From: an uncultured Verrucomicrobiae bacterium
Lineage (GTDB): Bacteria > Verrucomicrobiota > Verrucomicrobiia > Chthoniobacterales > JAFAMB01
Direction: 5' to 3'
DNA length: 64,000 nucleotides
Assembly: GCA_963837955.1 (NCBI GenBank)
Contig: CAWIPH010000002.1
Location: 1,152,001 to 1,216,000 of the forward strand
The notes beneath the pieces are model-generated. The model was given only the letters and a program-made list of their open reading frames with translations. It had not been told where the DNA came from and made no database searches. The position numbers were made by a program, and so were the translations under genes. Every line of letters starts with the position of its first letter. Within the stretch, counting starts at the first letter, position 1. Below are positions 1 through 9,818 of the stretch, piece by piece.

Positions 1-536
1 CTATATAGGCGCATGCCGTTCGCGTGGTGACCGTGGACGCGTCTTGATCTCCTGCTGCGCCATCCCCTAGCGCGCACGCATGCGCGTCTCCCACCGCTCA
101 AGTGATAGCGGCCGGCCCCTCCTCGACCAGGCGCCTATAAAACGTTGGGTCCTCCCAACCACCCCCCCATCACGGGTGCGTTAACGACCCATTTATCCAG
201 CAGCGACACCGTTTCCTGATTTTCATTTCCTAGCCGAACGGACTCCATTTGCCTGGGAGGAATTAGAATAACCAGGAAATGAGTCGATTCTCATTTCCGC
301 CCCGACCGATCGAGTGACCCGTTGTTAGTCGTAGCGAGCGAATGACTTGCTACCGATAATCGTCGATCATTAACTAACAAGATCAAGTACTATTATGCAA
401 TTCTCCATTTCCGCTTCCGTTGTCGCCTACGCAGGCCATCGCGGCTACACTGCGAAGCTGGGGCGATGCGGCAGCAGAGTTGAAGCCGTTCGATGCGGCA
501 GATTTTCGAGCGAACCAAGCTTCCCCACTCGTCTCG

Positions 537-574
537 CATAGTACTGACGTATTATAATACTAAGGTACTATATT
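537..574. promoter_or_regulatory. 16-bp tandem operator-like boxes (CATAGTACTGACGTAT / TATAATACTAAGGTAC)
   Basis: AT-rich 16-bp periodic motif, recurring at 5514-5567 upstream of the paralogous locus. Confidence 0.6.
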
Positions 575-626
575 CCGTTTCTACTAAAAGCTTGCTGGCT
601 AATCGGCCTTTCTATACACGCAGATC

Positions 627-692
627 TGTAAGCGTGAATCCGGCCAATTTATGCAGCTGTTTCCTTTCCTAACCAGCGGGATGGTTAACCCA
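627..692 (+). promoter_or_regulatory. Conserved leader/promoter element shared with 5981-6047
   Basis: TGTAAGCGTGAATCC..TTATGCA..TTCCTAA..GGGATG.TTAACCCA present at both loci. Confidence 0.55.
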
Positions 693-770
693 CTACTCCT
701 CTTTCTAACCCTACTCATTCGCATCACTCTCGTTCGCCGGCATCGCCCACGCGTAGCCGACTGGAGATGA
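681..770 (+). pseudogene. Remnant of PEP-CTERM gene 3' end (TM helix plus basic tail)
   Basis: Translates MVNPLLLFLTLLIRITLVRRHRPRVADWR; nucleotides align with the PEP-CTERM tail at ~9666-9730. Confidence 0.6.
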
Positions 771-841
771 AGTGGAAACAAAAACCCTCGGGCAAAGACC
801 CAAAGTAAGAATACCTGGTCGCGTCTCGGAAACAATACATC

Positions 842-1984
842 ATGAAAACCCAAAATAATGTTAGCTGTCTGCTATTTGCGACTTGTGCTTCCGCTATGCT
901 GCTTTTTGTATCGAGCGCCATAGCCCAGAATGTCGGGATCGGGGTTAGTAACCCGCAGTCCAAACTCACTGTTAACGGTAACCTTGCTGTCGGGAGTGGC
1001 TTCAACGTGGCCGCGCCGCCTAATGGCGCGATTATTCAGGGGAATCTAGGCATCGGTACGACTACACCTTTCGCTCCGTTACATGTGGTCCCGGGCATTG
1101 GTATTCAAGTGAATGTCACTCGTAGTTACTTCGGCAATACTTCCACCACCCTTTCTCACGATACGGAAACGGCTACTGAGACCGCCTCTGCCATCTTCGC
1201 TGGTCACGTTTGGTGCGGCTTCGATTTCATTGCCTATAGCGGAACTCTTACCGCCTCCGATGCACGTTTAAAGAACATCATCGGACGTTCGGATAGCGCG
1301 AAAGACCTCGAGATACTCAAGAAGATCGAGATCACCGATTACACGATGAAGGACGAAGTAAGCATGGGAAATAAGCCGAATAAAAAGGTGATCGCACAAC
1401 AAGTGGAAAAAGCTTATCCAACGGCCGTCCATACAATTGGTTTCAAGGGAGCCACGTTCACGCCTGACATCTATGCGACGGCCAGTTCCGTCAAATCCGA
1501 GAAACCAGATATCTATAAGATCGGCCTGCCCAAAGCACACGGTCTGAAAGATGGCGATACGGTTCGTTTGATTACGCCGAAGAATCCCGAGCTTACTGTC
1601 GTAGCTCACGTTGTGGACGATAAAACGTTCACAGTGATGACAAAAGAGGTGCTCGCCGACAAAGTATTTGTTTACGGAAAGCAATGTCTCGATCTGAAGA
1701 GCGTGGATTACGATGCAATCGCGATGCTCAATGTCAGTGCCACCCAGGAACTGGCGAAGAAGGTCGAAGCGCTGGAAGCCGAGAATGCGGAGCTCAAATC
1801 CCACACCAACAGACTTGCCACTCTGGAAGTCCGAACAGAAGCGTTGGAAGCTGAGAATATCAGACTCAAGGCCGACCGTGATAAATTCGCCGCTTTGACC
1901 GCTCGGATGGAAGCGCTGGAGAAATCTGTTAGCTCTCAAAGAAATGGCAGCGAAACCATCCGCCGCGTCGCTTTGAATCAATAG
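842..1984 (+). CDS. Secreted tail-fibre-like protein with C-terminal peptidase S74 chaperone domain
   Basis: Signal peptide, QNVGIGVSNP / GNLGIGTTTP motifs, SDARLK cleavage motif, VDYDAIAML and coiled-coil tail. Confidence 0.85.
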   Translation: MKTQNNVSCLLFATCASAMLLFVSSAIAQNVGIGVSNPQSKLTVNGNLAVGSGFNVAAPPNGAIIQGNLGIGTTTPFAPLHVVPGIGIQVNVTRSYFGNTSTTLSHDTETATETASAIFAGHVWCGFDFIAYSGTLTASDARLKNIIGRSDSAKDLEILKKIEITDYTMKDEVSMGNKPNKKVIAQQVEKAYPTAVHTIGFKGATFTPDIYATASSVKSEKPDIYKIGLPKAHGLKDGDTVRLITPKNPELTVVAHVVDDKTFTVMTKEVLADKVFVYGKQCLDLKSVDYDAIAMLNVSATQELAKKVEALEAENAELKSHTNRLATLEVRTEALEAENIRLKADRDKFAALTARMEALEKSVSSQRNGSETIRRVALNQ

Positions 1985-2224
1985 CGCGAGCAACCGACGG
2001 ATCACTTAACCCAGTGAAGCGGGCTTTCTGACGAGTGGCGAGCCGCCGGGGCTTGCCTCTTAAGCTAATGACTGAGCCGGACCCGAAAACAACGGCTGCG
2101 CGAATTCCGAGAGGCATCATTGAAGTTTTACGCCCTTCGTCTCGTCAGACGATCGAGGAGTATTGCACTCAAGCGGTCCCCCTTTTATCCGCTTGTACGA
2201 GCAAAATACTTCTGATCTCCAACT

Positions 2225-2401
2225 ATGAAATTGACGATCGAACTCGAAGAACCGTACGGCAAAGAGCTGGAGCTACGGGCGTACAGAAGTGGCCAAACCG
2301 TCAAGGAGTACGTCGAAGAAAGCATGAGGGCGAACGTGGAATCAGACATGTCGTTCGACGAAAAGACTGCCCTGCACAAGGAACTTGCTGAGAGAAACTA
2401 A
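2225..2401 (+). CDS. Small ribbon-helix-helix-like protein, 58 aa (not in ORF track)
   Basis: MKLTIELEEPYGKELELRAYRSGQTVKEYVEESM.. has the strand-helix-G-helix pattern of RHH proteins. Confidence 0.45.
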   Translation: MKLTIELEEPYGKELELRAYRSGQTVKEYVEESMRANVESDMSFDEKTALHKELAERN

Positions 2402-2675
2402 CCGGGACTGGCTCTTTCGGTTTAAGCATGTCTTTCGGGCTGTAATCAGTCTGGCCGGTCCAACCACGTCCTCCGCCCGCTCCAGTACGCGATAGAGATT
2501 CTGACGCGCATTCCCGAAATCATCTCTCTTCTCGGCGACCAAGGCAGCATCTCGGAATCGGTAAACAGCTCCCCCTCTAGAAATCACCGCCGTAAAAGGG
2601 CTGGGGCTACGATCGCCGAGACGAACTCGGGCTACGTCACCACAAGGCCGATGTCTGGTTCGGTGCCCCGGATGC

Positions 2676-2727
2676 GGGAGGGCGCACGTCCTCGTGCGCC
2701 GCGGATCGCGAGGATGCGATCCCTCCC
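2676..2727. repeat. REP-like family D (GGGAGGGCGCA.GTCCTCGTGCGCC..GATCCCTCCC)
   Basis: Palindromic; near-identical at 56166-56217, related at 49834-49893 and 5648-5750. Confidence 0.7.
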
Positions 2728-2894
2728 CGCCTGGGGTTTCACCCCCCGGGGGAACGTGTTCCAAACGTTTGCGCCCTGAAAGCGGCGCTAGCCAGGACAG
2801 CGATTTCAGCGGTGTATTGGAACAAGCAAATTTTCCGATTTTTTTTCGGTTGCGCGCATACCTGTTCGAGTGGATATAAGGTCCCTCAACAAAT

Positions 2895-2971
2895 CGCGGG
2901 GTGGAGCAGCCTGGTAGCTCGTCAGGCTCATAACCTGAAGGCCGCGGGTTCAAATCCCGCCCCCGCAACCA
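2895..2971 (+). tRNA. tRNA-Met(CAT), initiator type
   Basis: CGCGGGGTGGAGCAGCCTGGTAGCTCGTCAGGCTCATAACCTGAAG..TTCAAATCC..CAACCA; C1:A72 mismatch and encoded CCA. Confidence 0.95.
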
Positions 2972-2982
2972 CTTTTCGGAAC

Positions 2983-3182
2983 ATGCTCTATAGAGTATCT
3001 GCTCCGAAACGCGAAAGGATCTACTTACTTCGGAATTTCCGACAACGGGATCGCGGATTCAAATCCCGCCCCCGCAACCGAACGAGACCAAATGGCTTAG
3101 GTCTACGTCCTGAAAAATCCTGAGGGGACGTCTCTACGTGGGACTGACGACTGATCTCGAAGCTGATCTTCGGCTCGCATAA
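2983..3182 (+). pseudogene. Two GIY-YIG nuclease N-terminal remnants separated by a tRNA 3'-end copy
   Basis: MLYRV/YLLRNAKGSTYFGISDN (2983-3046) and MA*VYVLKNPEG/RLYVGLTTDLE (3092-3161), read across frameshifts. Confidence 0.6.
3052..3079 (+). repeat. Direct repeat of tRNA-fMet 3' end
   Basis: CGCGGATTCAAATCCCGCCCCCGCAACC versus 2943-2970, one mismatch. Confidence 0.9.
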
Positions 3183-3187
3183 GAAAA

Positions 3188-3871
3188 CTACTGCTTAGCT
3201 TGCGCCAGGATTTTGGGCCTCGAGGCGCTACCCGACAACTGGCCGCCATTCTTCGCATAATAGTCTCCAACCATGGCCGTGATTTGTCGCGCCGTCCGCG
3301 CGGTATCATCGGTGACGCCCCTTGCTCCCGCATTGCGTAACGCATTTGGCAAAGCCCCGAACAATCCGCCGGCAACTGCACCCGGTTCAGCGTTGCTGCC
3401 GCCCGATGTCTCGAATTGAAGTACGGGCTCCTTGGACAAGTGAGAAAGATCGTATACCCGGACGACCGTTTCCATTTTCGTTCCACCGGCACCTAATCCA
3501 AGCAAACCACGCAAAGCCCGATTACCTCCATTTACTCGGACAAATTCTCCTGTAATTAGCCAGGCATCGGCCCGAGTACGCCTGGAACCGTTCTGCCGAG
3601 TGGCTGGTATGACCGATTTGCTGAGGTCCGAAACCAAATAGTCGGCTAACACATTCGCCGTCTTCTCCTGAAGGGTTACGAGCTCGTCACCGGACCGGTT
3701 AACATGGAAGACGCCCTTGCTGGTATCAAAGTCGGCAACAAGGATTTGTTTTGGCAGTTTCGGATTACCAGTTGTTTGCGCCGGATTGCGGACTCCTACC
3801 GACGCGCATCCTGCCAGGCCCCAGAGGAGACCCGCGGCAAAAAAGACTTTTCTGCGGTTTTGATTTTCCAT
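3188..3871 (-). CDS. Lipoprotein, DUF4410-like
   Basis: Lipobox LAGC; GNRALR..GLGAG motif. Confidence 0.75.
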   Translation of the reverse strand: MENQNRRKVFFAAGLLWGLAGCASVGVRNPAQTTGNPKLPKQILVADFDTSKGVFHVNRSGDELVTLQEKTANVLADYLVSDLSKSVIPATRQNGSRRTRADAWLITGEFVRVNGGNRALRGLLGLGAGGTKMETVVRVYDLSHLSKEPVLQFETSGGSNAEPGAVAGGLFGALPNALRNAGARGVTDDTARTARQITAMVGDYYAKNGGQLSGSASRPKILAQAKQ

Positions 3872-4392
3872 AAGGCGCTAACAAAAGATCTCAGTCCCTC
3901 GGCAAACTACTCATTTCGAATGGGCGCGGAAAACGGCGGACCAGTGCCGATAACCAGAAGCTGAGCGCGGTCCACTTGAGCCCAGGTTCCGATTTTTTTG
4001 GGGAGTCGGGCGAGTCCTCGTGGTCCAGGCGGAACCATCATCAGCACAGTGATTAGTGAGAAGTGATTAGTGAGAGGTAAACACACAACCCAAATTTGCT
4101 TGTTTTACTTCTCACCTCTCACCAATCACTTCTCACCCTTTCACTGCAACCCCCTGGGTTCCTGAGCACCCGCCGGATCGTTTTTTCCTACGAACCACCT
4201 TGGTGCTATAGCACGCCGATTTCGAGTCGGGTTAATCCACTAAGGCGAGAAATGGTGATTAACTCGATCGATGCGGTTTCTGATACGAGAACCAAAATCC
4301 GGTCTCTGTTCGGGCTTAAAACGGGGAATTGAGCGGTTCCGGCATTGTGCGTGAAGAATTGACGGGGCACAGTGCTCATCGGAGGGATATTA

Positions 4393-4746
4393 ATGGAGCA
4401 AATTATTCTGAAGCGGTTTGAAGTTCCCGACGAAATTATCTCTTTCGAAAAAGGTCGGTTCGAAAAAATCACACTGGGCGGAGTTACCATTGGCCGGGCG
4501 ACTTACGAGCCTGGCTGGAAATGGTCGACTCATGTCGGATCAAAAACTGGTACAACTCTCTGCCAGGTAGAACATGTCGGACTAGTAGTCAGCGGTCGAG
4601 CTACAGCAGCGATGCAGGATGGATCAGTTATCGAAATGCGAGCCGGCGATCTGTTTTACATCCCACCGGGGCATGACAGCTGGGTTCTCGGTAATGAGAA
4701 TTATGTTTCTCTCCACTTCCTCGGTGCAGAGAAATACGCTCGTTAG
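4393..4746 (+). CDS. Cupin domain protein
   Basis: GGAGG RBS; PGWKWSTHV..CQVEHVG..PPGHDSWV motifs. Confidence 0.85.
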   Translation: MEQIILKRFEVPDEIISFEKGRFEKITLGGVTIGRATYEPGWKWSTHVGSKTGTTLCQVEHVGLVVSGRATAAMQDGSVIEMRAGDLFYIPPGHDSWVLGNENYVSLHFLGAEKYAR

Positions 4747-4913
4747 TTAGCGTTCTTGTTATGCCCATTTCCCATGATTGGCATTTAACACCGGCGAGAG
4801 ACTTGAGGCCACTTGTCGACCGCGCAGTCCATCACCCGACGCAGACCGGGGTATTTGCGCAATGAAGCCGCTTTCCGGCTTGTATTGATGGCGCGATTTT
4901 AGGCAGTACATCA

Positions 4914-5171
4914 TTGGTGCCAGACAACATGCCGGGAACGGATATTAAGTTTCGCAAGGGAGCAAGTGGCGGGGTGAGAAACTATGGAGGCGCGGTGAAG
5001 CCCTTGAGGTGGTTGAAGTCAGGCGCGCTCGAGCTGTCCAGCGATTTGATGATGATGTCGCGGGAGGATGGAGCAACCTATACCGGCGTGCTCGTGTTTA
5101 CGCTCGGCTTTGACTCGCAGCATCACGCCTTCGTGCAGAAGGTCGGGAAAACCAAAACCACCGTGGAGTGA
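4914..5171 (+). CDS. Hypothetical protein, possibly a fragment
   Basis: Protein-like composition only; no motif recognised. Confidence 0.3.
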   Translation: MVPDNMPGTDIKFRKGASGGVRNYGGAVKPLRWLKSGALELSSDLMMMSREDGATYTGVLVFTLGFDSQHHAFVQKVGKTKTTVE

Positions 5172-5513
5172 AACCCGGGATTTGTCCCCGTCGTTCCTCA
5201 TATTTTTGTCCCTTTCTCTCATAAGATTTTTTTCCGGGCTCAAACGTAGCCGCGCCTTTTACAAAACGTGGTCAATGTTTCCATCTGGGGAGCTTGGGAA
5301 CGTGTGAGCATCGAGGGGAGCGCCACGAAAGAATCAACGATCGAAAGGGAGCGAAGACTTTGGTGCAGGGTCGGGAGGGGCAGAGGCGTCTGGCCGTGTC
5401 GAATGGTTGCCGCTTTGAGGCGGTATGGCGTGAGGCAGATGTGACAAAAAGGGAGGTAGGGCGTGTCGCGCCATGGCGAAGCGGAGGCAAAGGAGTCGCC
5501 GCAACCGTCCCAA

Positions 5514-5567
5514 CATAGTACTAAAGTATCATAGTACTAAAGTATTATAATACTAAGGTATTATATT
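5514..5567. promoter_or_regulatory. Three 16-bp tandem operator-like boxes
   Basis: CATAGTACTAAAGTAT x2 followed by TATAATACTAAGGTAT; TACT-NN-AGTA dyad. Confidence 0.65.
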
Positions 5568-5980
5568 GCATCGATACGATAAACTGGCGCTGGTTTGAGG
5601 GCGCAATGTTTTGGAACCCGTTTCCCGGGGGTTCTAGTCCCCCGGCTGGAGGGATCGCAGCCTGTCCGACATAGCTTTTGATGGATCGCGCTCAAGCATT
5701 CTGCACAGGGCATCCGAAAGGGCTATGTCGGACAGGCTGTGCGCCCTCCCCCCAGGTACTGTCGACCCGTGCGTAACCGTCACATCGGCTGGTTGCTTCG
5801 GTCTAATTGGCTGGCCGGTCCTTTGGCCAAAACGTGGGGATTTTCGTCAAAAACTGAGCCAGCAATCGGCTCGGAAAACCAGCGATATCGGTATTCTCGA
5901 TTAAAGACCAAATTAGAGGACTATAAAAATGATTATTAATTATGATTGCCATAATTACGATTATTCTGATAATGAAGACT

Positions 5981-6047
5981 TGTAAGCGTGAATCCCGACC
6001 GATTATGCAACTATCCCGCTTCCTAATCGACCGGGATGCTTAACCCA
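5981..6047 (+). promoter_or_regulatory. Conserved leader/promoter element (copy of 627-692)
   Basis: Direct alignment with 627-692. Confidence 0.55.
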
Positions 6048-6060
6048 AATCAAAGACCCT

Positions 6061-6279
6061 ATGTCGCAGCGTTCTGACGAGCCTCGGCTCCACAGACAAG
6101 GAGGGTTGTCAAAATACAGGACGTTCTGGTTAGCCGGTCTATTAATCGGATTCACTAGCTTAGCCGATCTAGCCTTTCATCCCACACTGGGCGCCGAGCC
6201 GTCTACCGGCCTCGCGCTGCTTGGTGGTTTTGGCATGCTCGGAATCATCATGCGCCTGCGTCAACGCTATGGCGGTTAG
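6061..6279 (+). CDS. Small membrane protein ending in a degenerate PEP-CTERM-like signal
   Basis: GAEPSTGLALLGGFGMLGIIMRLRQR tail preceded by a hydrophobic segment. Confidence 0.5.
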   Translation: MSQRSDEPRLHRQGGLSKYRTFWLAGLLIGFTSLADLAFHPTLGAEPSTGLALLGGFGMLGIIMRLRQRYGG

Positions 6280-6301
6280 TTAACTCCAACAGTCTCACAT
6301 T

Positions 6302-7108
6302 ATGCGAATCTTCTACCTTATGCTCCTGCTTCCGCTGGCTGGCTTGGTTGGCCAGGCGACAGCAGCTACGACGCCTCTCTTCGATAGTGGCGGCTCCACT
6401 ATTATCGGCGGGAACGCCGGCCCCTACAATGACGTCGTCAACATTAACGCCACTAGCGGTACGGAGACCTTCTATGTCGCGGTGGGTACAGGCAACGGCT
6501 CAAACAATGCACCCTGGGGAGGCGGTAATACGGTTACCGCCCTCAATCTCTCGCTTTGGGGTTTTTCTCCCAGTGGCAGCGCTGTACCGGTCACTGTTGG
6601 CCTCTACACTGGTACCGACACCGGCACCGGTTTGAGCGGACTAACCGCGATTGGCGGTCCGCTGACTCAAAATATAAACAACACGACCGGTGGCAATTAC
6701 AATAACACGGCCAGCGTCTTTAGCTTTGGGCTCACCGGTGCAGCCCAAACCACCAACCCCATCGCGCCGAACACGCAGCTGATAGTGGGCATTACCATCG
6801 CTACGGGCAATTCATTCGACATAGCAACCGGTGCTCTCTTCGGTGGATCGCCTCAGCCTAACTATACCTTTAACAATGCCTTCACCGGCTCGAGCGGTTT
6901 AAACCCAAACAGCTATTTCTATACGGCCGGCAACGGAAATGTTTCCGGTGCGGTGCTCTCCCAAGATGTCGGCCTGGCCTCCTTCTTTGATTTGACGGCC
7001 ACCGTTATCCCGGTTCCCGAGCCACCCCTTGGGCATTATCTGCTGCTCTCCGCACCACTGATCTTCGGCGTGGCGCTGGTTCGCAGGTTCCGGTCACGTG
7101 CCGTCTAG
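6302..7108 (+). CDS. PEP-CTERM sorting-domain surface protein
   Basis: Signal peptide, G/T/N/S-rich body, VPEP plus TM plus RRFR. Confidence 0.85.
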   Translation: MRIFYLMLLLPLAGLVGQATAATTPLFDSGGSTIIGGNAGPYNDVVNINATSGTETFYVAVGTGNGSNNAPWGGGNTVTALNLSLWGFSPSGSAVPVTVGLYTGTDTGTGLSGLTAIGGPLTQNINNTTGGNYNNTASVFSFGLTGAAQTTNPIAPNTQLIVGITIATGNSFDIATGALFGGSPQPNYTFNNAFTGSSGLNPNSYFYTAGNGNVSGAVLSQDVGLASFFDLTATVIPVPEPPLGHYLLLSAPLIFGVALVRRFRSRAV

Positions 7109-7244
7109 ATCAAAAGCAACACAGAAGCAAAGAGAGGGTTTTTAAACAGGAAGTAGCAAAGGAAGCAAAGGCCTTCAACCCGACTTCGGCCGAGCTCAGC
7201 TGCGCGGCCGAAGACTCATCCGAACAGTTTTCACTTCTCATCCC

Positions 7245-8348
7245 ATGAACACACACACCATCGTATTCTCGCGAGAGCGGCTGTTCACGGCTCTTGCTTC
7301 CGCTGCGCTGCTTTTCGTATCGAGCGCCGCCGCGCAGAATGTCGGGATTGGGGTTTCCAACCCCCAGTCTAAACTCACTGTTAACGGTAACTTAGCTGTC
7401 GGTTCCGGCTTCAACGTAGCTGCACCAGCCGACGGAGCAATTATACAAGGCCGCGTCGGGATAGGCACGACCACTCCCCTTTGTCCGTTGCATGTGGCAG
7501 GACCGGCCAGCACTTTCAATGTCAGTGGCGCCACTTTAGAAACCCAATTCAGTTTCAACAATACTACCACCCTGACTCACTTAACCACCGTTGGCTCACA
7601 AGGCGGTGCATCCATCATTGCGGAGAGCCATATCGTCAGTCAAGGAGGGCTCTTTTCGATTAACGGAACATTCAGCGCATCGGATGCGCGGCTAAAGAAC
7701 ATTATCGGGCGCTCCGATAGTAGCAAAGATCTGCAACTGTTAAGCCAGCTTCAGGTGACCGATTATACGTACATTGATAAAGTGACCTCAGGGCACCAGG
7801 TTCAAAAAAAGCTCATCGCCCAACAGGTCGAGCAGCTGATACCCCAAGTGGTTACTCAGCGAACGGATTTTCTCCCCGATATCTACGTGCCTGCTAGTAA
7901 AGTCGAAGCTAAGGATGGGAATTGTGTGATTACTTTAGCGAAAGCCCACAACCTAAACACCGGAGACAAGGTGCGATTAATCGTTGAAGGCGCCCCTGAC
8001 CTAAGGACCGATGTGAAGGTGCTCAACGACACGCAGTTTCAGTTTGCCTCAGCGACTCCGATCAGCTCCAGAGTCTTCGTATATGGTAAGGAGCATGATG
8101 ACGTCCGAGCGATTGATTACGACGCGATCGCCATGCTCAACGTCAGTGCCACCCAGGCACTGGCCAAACAGGTTGAGGTTCTTCGTGATGAAAACGTCAA
8201 GATGAAAGCCGTGGTGGCTGAGGTCGAACAGCTAAAGGCAGAAAATGCGAAGCTGACCGCGATTGTCGCCAAGATCGAAAGTCTGGATAAGGCGGTGAAA
8301 ACGACTAAAAGACGAAGTGCGGCCCGACCTGTTGCTTACAACAACTAA
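7245..8348 (+). CDS. Secreted tail-fibre-like protein with peptidase S74 domain
   Basis: QNVGIGVSNP, SDARLK, IDYDAIAML, coiled coil. Confidence 0.85.
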   Translation: MNTHTIVFSRERLFTALASAALLFVSSAAAQNVGIGVSNPQSKLTVNGNLAVGSGFNVAAPADGAIIQGRVGIGTTTPLCPLHVAGPASTFNVSGATLETQFSFNNTTTLTHLTTVGSQGGASIIAESHIVSQGGLFSINGTFSASDARLKNIIGRSDSSKDLQLLSQLQVTDYTYIDKVTSGHQVQKKLIAQQVEQLIPQVVTQRTDFLPDIYVPASKVEAKDGNCVITLAKAHNLNTGDKVRLIVEGAPDLRTDVKVLNDTQFQFASATPISSRVFVYGKEHDDVRAIDYDAIAMLNVSATQALAKQVEVLRDENVKMKAVVAEVEQLKAENAKLTAIVAKIESLDKAVKTTKRRSAARPVAYNN

Positions 8349-8429
8349 AGGGGGTCACAACCGCTAACGTTACAATTAATGGCACTCGAAGCTGGTTCGA
8401 TTCGATTAATTCTACTCTCAACGTCGACC

Positions 8430-8540
8430 AGGCTGTCGGCTATCGTCGCGAAAGTGGATAGTCTGCAAAAAGCCGTCAATGCGCTACAGACAAAGGCCGC
8501 TGAACGGGTAGCAATCTCCGGGAGCGCCGTGAGTGAGTGA
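8430..8540 (+). pseudogene. Orphan 3' end of an S74 paralogue
   Basis: Aligns with the last ~110 nt of 10986-12383 (AIV.K.DSL.KAVNALQTKAAERVAIS.SA.SE*). Confidence 0.8.
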
Positions 8541-8617
8541 GTAGCGCCGATCACTCCAAAAATGAACCAGTGATAATTATTTCGACAAGGCAAAAACGCT
8601 CGAACTACGCATTAATC

Positions 8618-9586
8618 ATGACAAGCCTCAATAATACTAAAAAGCTCTTACACGGAGCCTTATATGGCGCAGCATTAGCTTTTGTGTCAGCTGCTGCCGC
8701 CCAGAATGTCGGGATCGGTGTTAGTAACCCTCAATCCAAGCTTAGCGTCAATGGCACCACCAGCTCCGGAGGGTTGGCGATTGGTGACTCCACCTATACG
8801 AGTACATCCGGTACGGTTGCTCCTTCAAATGGGGCGATCATTCAAGGGACTGTCGGCATGGGTTTAACAACGCCACAAGTTCCTCTTCATGTAAACGGAC
8901 AAGTATACGTGGCGGGACCAGGCGTCACTGGTAATTTTTTTGCTGGAACAGCGAACCAAAATGGGGTCCAAATAGGCCCAGGTTTTGTAGGCGTTCAGCG
9001 CAATCAAGGCCACTGCCTTGCTTTGGCTAAACCGGCAGGAGCGGCTGATGGCCTACTTGCGCAGTTCAACGTTGCCGGTTTTCAGGTCGGAAACATCACG
9101 ACATCAGGGGGAACCGTAACTTACGGTACCACCTCCGACGAACGTCTGAAAGCGAATATCCGGCCAAGTGCTAAAGGGCTTAATGAGTTGATGAAGATTC
9201 AGGTGAGCGACTACAACTTCAAATCGACGCCTGGCAAGAATGAGACAGGATTCATCGCTCAGCAGCTTTATACGGTCTTGCCGAATGTCGTGACCAAAGG
9301 AGGAGAGGATCCTGCGAAGGAGCCGTGGAGCGTGGATTATGGTCGCGTCACACCGTTATTGACAAAGGCAATTCAGGAACAACAAGTTGAGATCGAATCT
9401 CTCAAAGCTGACAACCTGCGGCTTAAAGCAGATGCCAACAAACTTAGCGAGGTGGAAGCAGAGAACGCCCGGTTGAAAGGCCAGACCGACAAGCTCGCCG
9501 CCAAAATGGAAGCCTTGGAAAAAACCATGGCCGCCATGCAGACGAAGCATGGCAGAGCCTCCCACGCCGTCGTTCTCAACAATTGA
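8618..9586 (+). CDS. Secreted tail-fibre-like protein with compact peptidase S74 domain
   Basis: QNVGIGVSNP, SDERLK, GFIAQ, VDYGRVTPLL; start moved to MTSLNN. Confidence 0.85.
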   Translation: MTSLNNTKKLLHGALYGAALAFVSAAAAQNVGIGVSNPQSKLSVNGTTSSGGLAIGDSTYTSTSGTVAPSNGAIIQGTVGMGLTTPQVPLHVNGQVYVAGPGVTGNFFAGTANQNGVQIGPGFVGVQRNQGHCLALAKPAGAADGLLAQFNVAGFQVGNITTSGGTVTYGTTSDERLKANIRPSAKGLNELMKIQVSDYNFKSTPGKNETGFIAQQLYTVLPNVVTKGGEDPAKEPWSVDYGRVTPLLTKAIQEQQVEIESLKADNLRLKADANKLSEVEAENARLKGQTDKLAAKMEALEKTMAAMQTKHGRASHAVVLNN

Positions 9587-9619
9587 CAATTATTTTGATA
9601 AGGGAAACTCAACCTTAAA

Positions 9620-9749
9620 CACGCTGACGATTGCGCCGGTCCCCGAGCCACCGCTTGGGCATTATCTGCTCCTTTCTCTACCCCTACTCATCGGCATCAC
9701 TCTTGCACGCCGCTTTCGCTCATGCGCAGGTAGCTGCAGACAAAGCTGA
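9620..9749 (+). pseudogene. Orphan PEP-CTERM tail
   Basis: PVPEPPLGHYLLLSLPLLIGITLARRFRS, near copy of the 6302-7108 C-terminus, with no upstream body. Confidence 0.75.
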
Positions 9750-9818
9750 AACAGAACCCATCGAACAAAGACTCAAAGTAAGCAGTTCGTGCGCTTGGTT
9801 CAGCATCAAGAAATCTTT

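Noticed and set aside
137..190. GGGTCCTCCC..CACGGGTG resembling phage cos-adjacent sequence
   Set aside because: Loose resemblance only; no packaging genes in the window
640..656. Sigma-54 promoter in the conserved leader
   Set aside because: GG to GC spacing is 9 rather than 10, and the GG is not conserved in the second copy
9549..9749. Programmed frameshift fusing S74 gene 8618 to the PEP-CTERM tail
   Set aside because: No convincing slippery site, and a similar remnant at 693-756 has no S74 gene directly upstream; better explained as a deletion remnant
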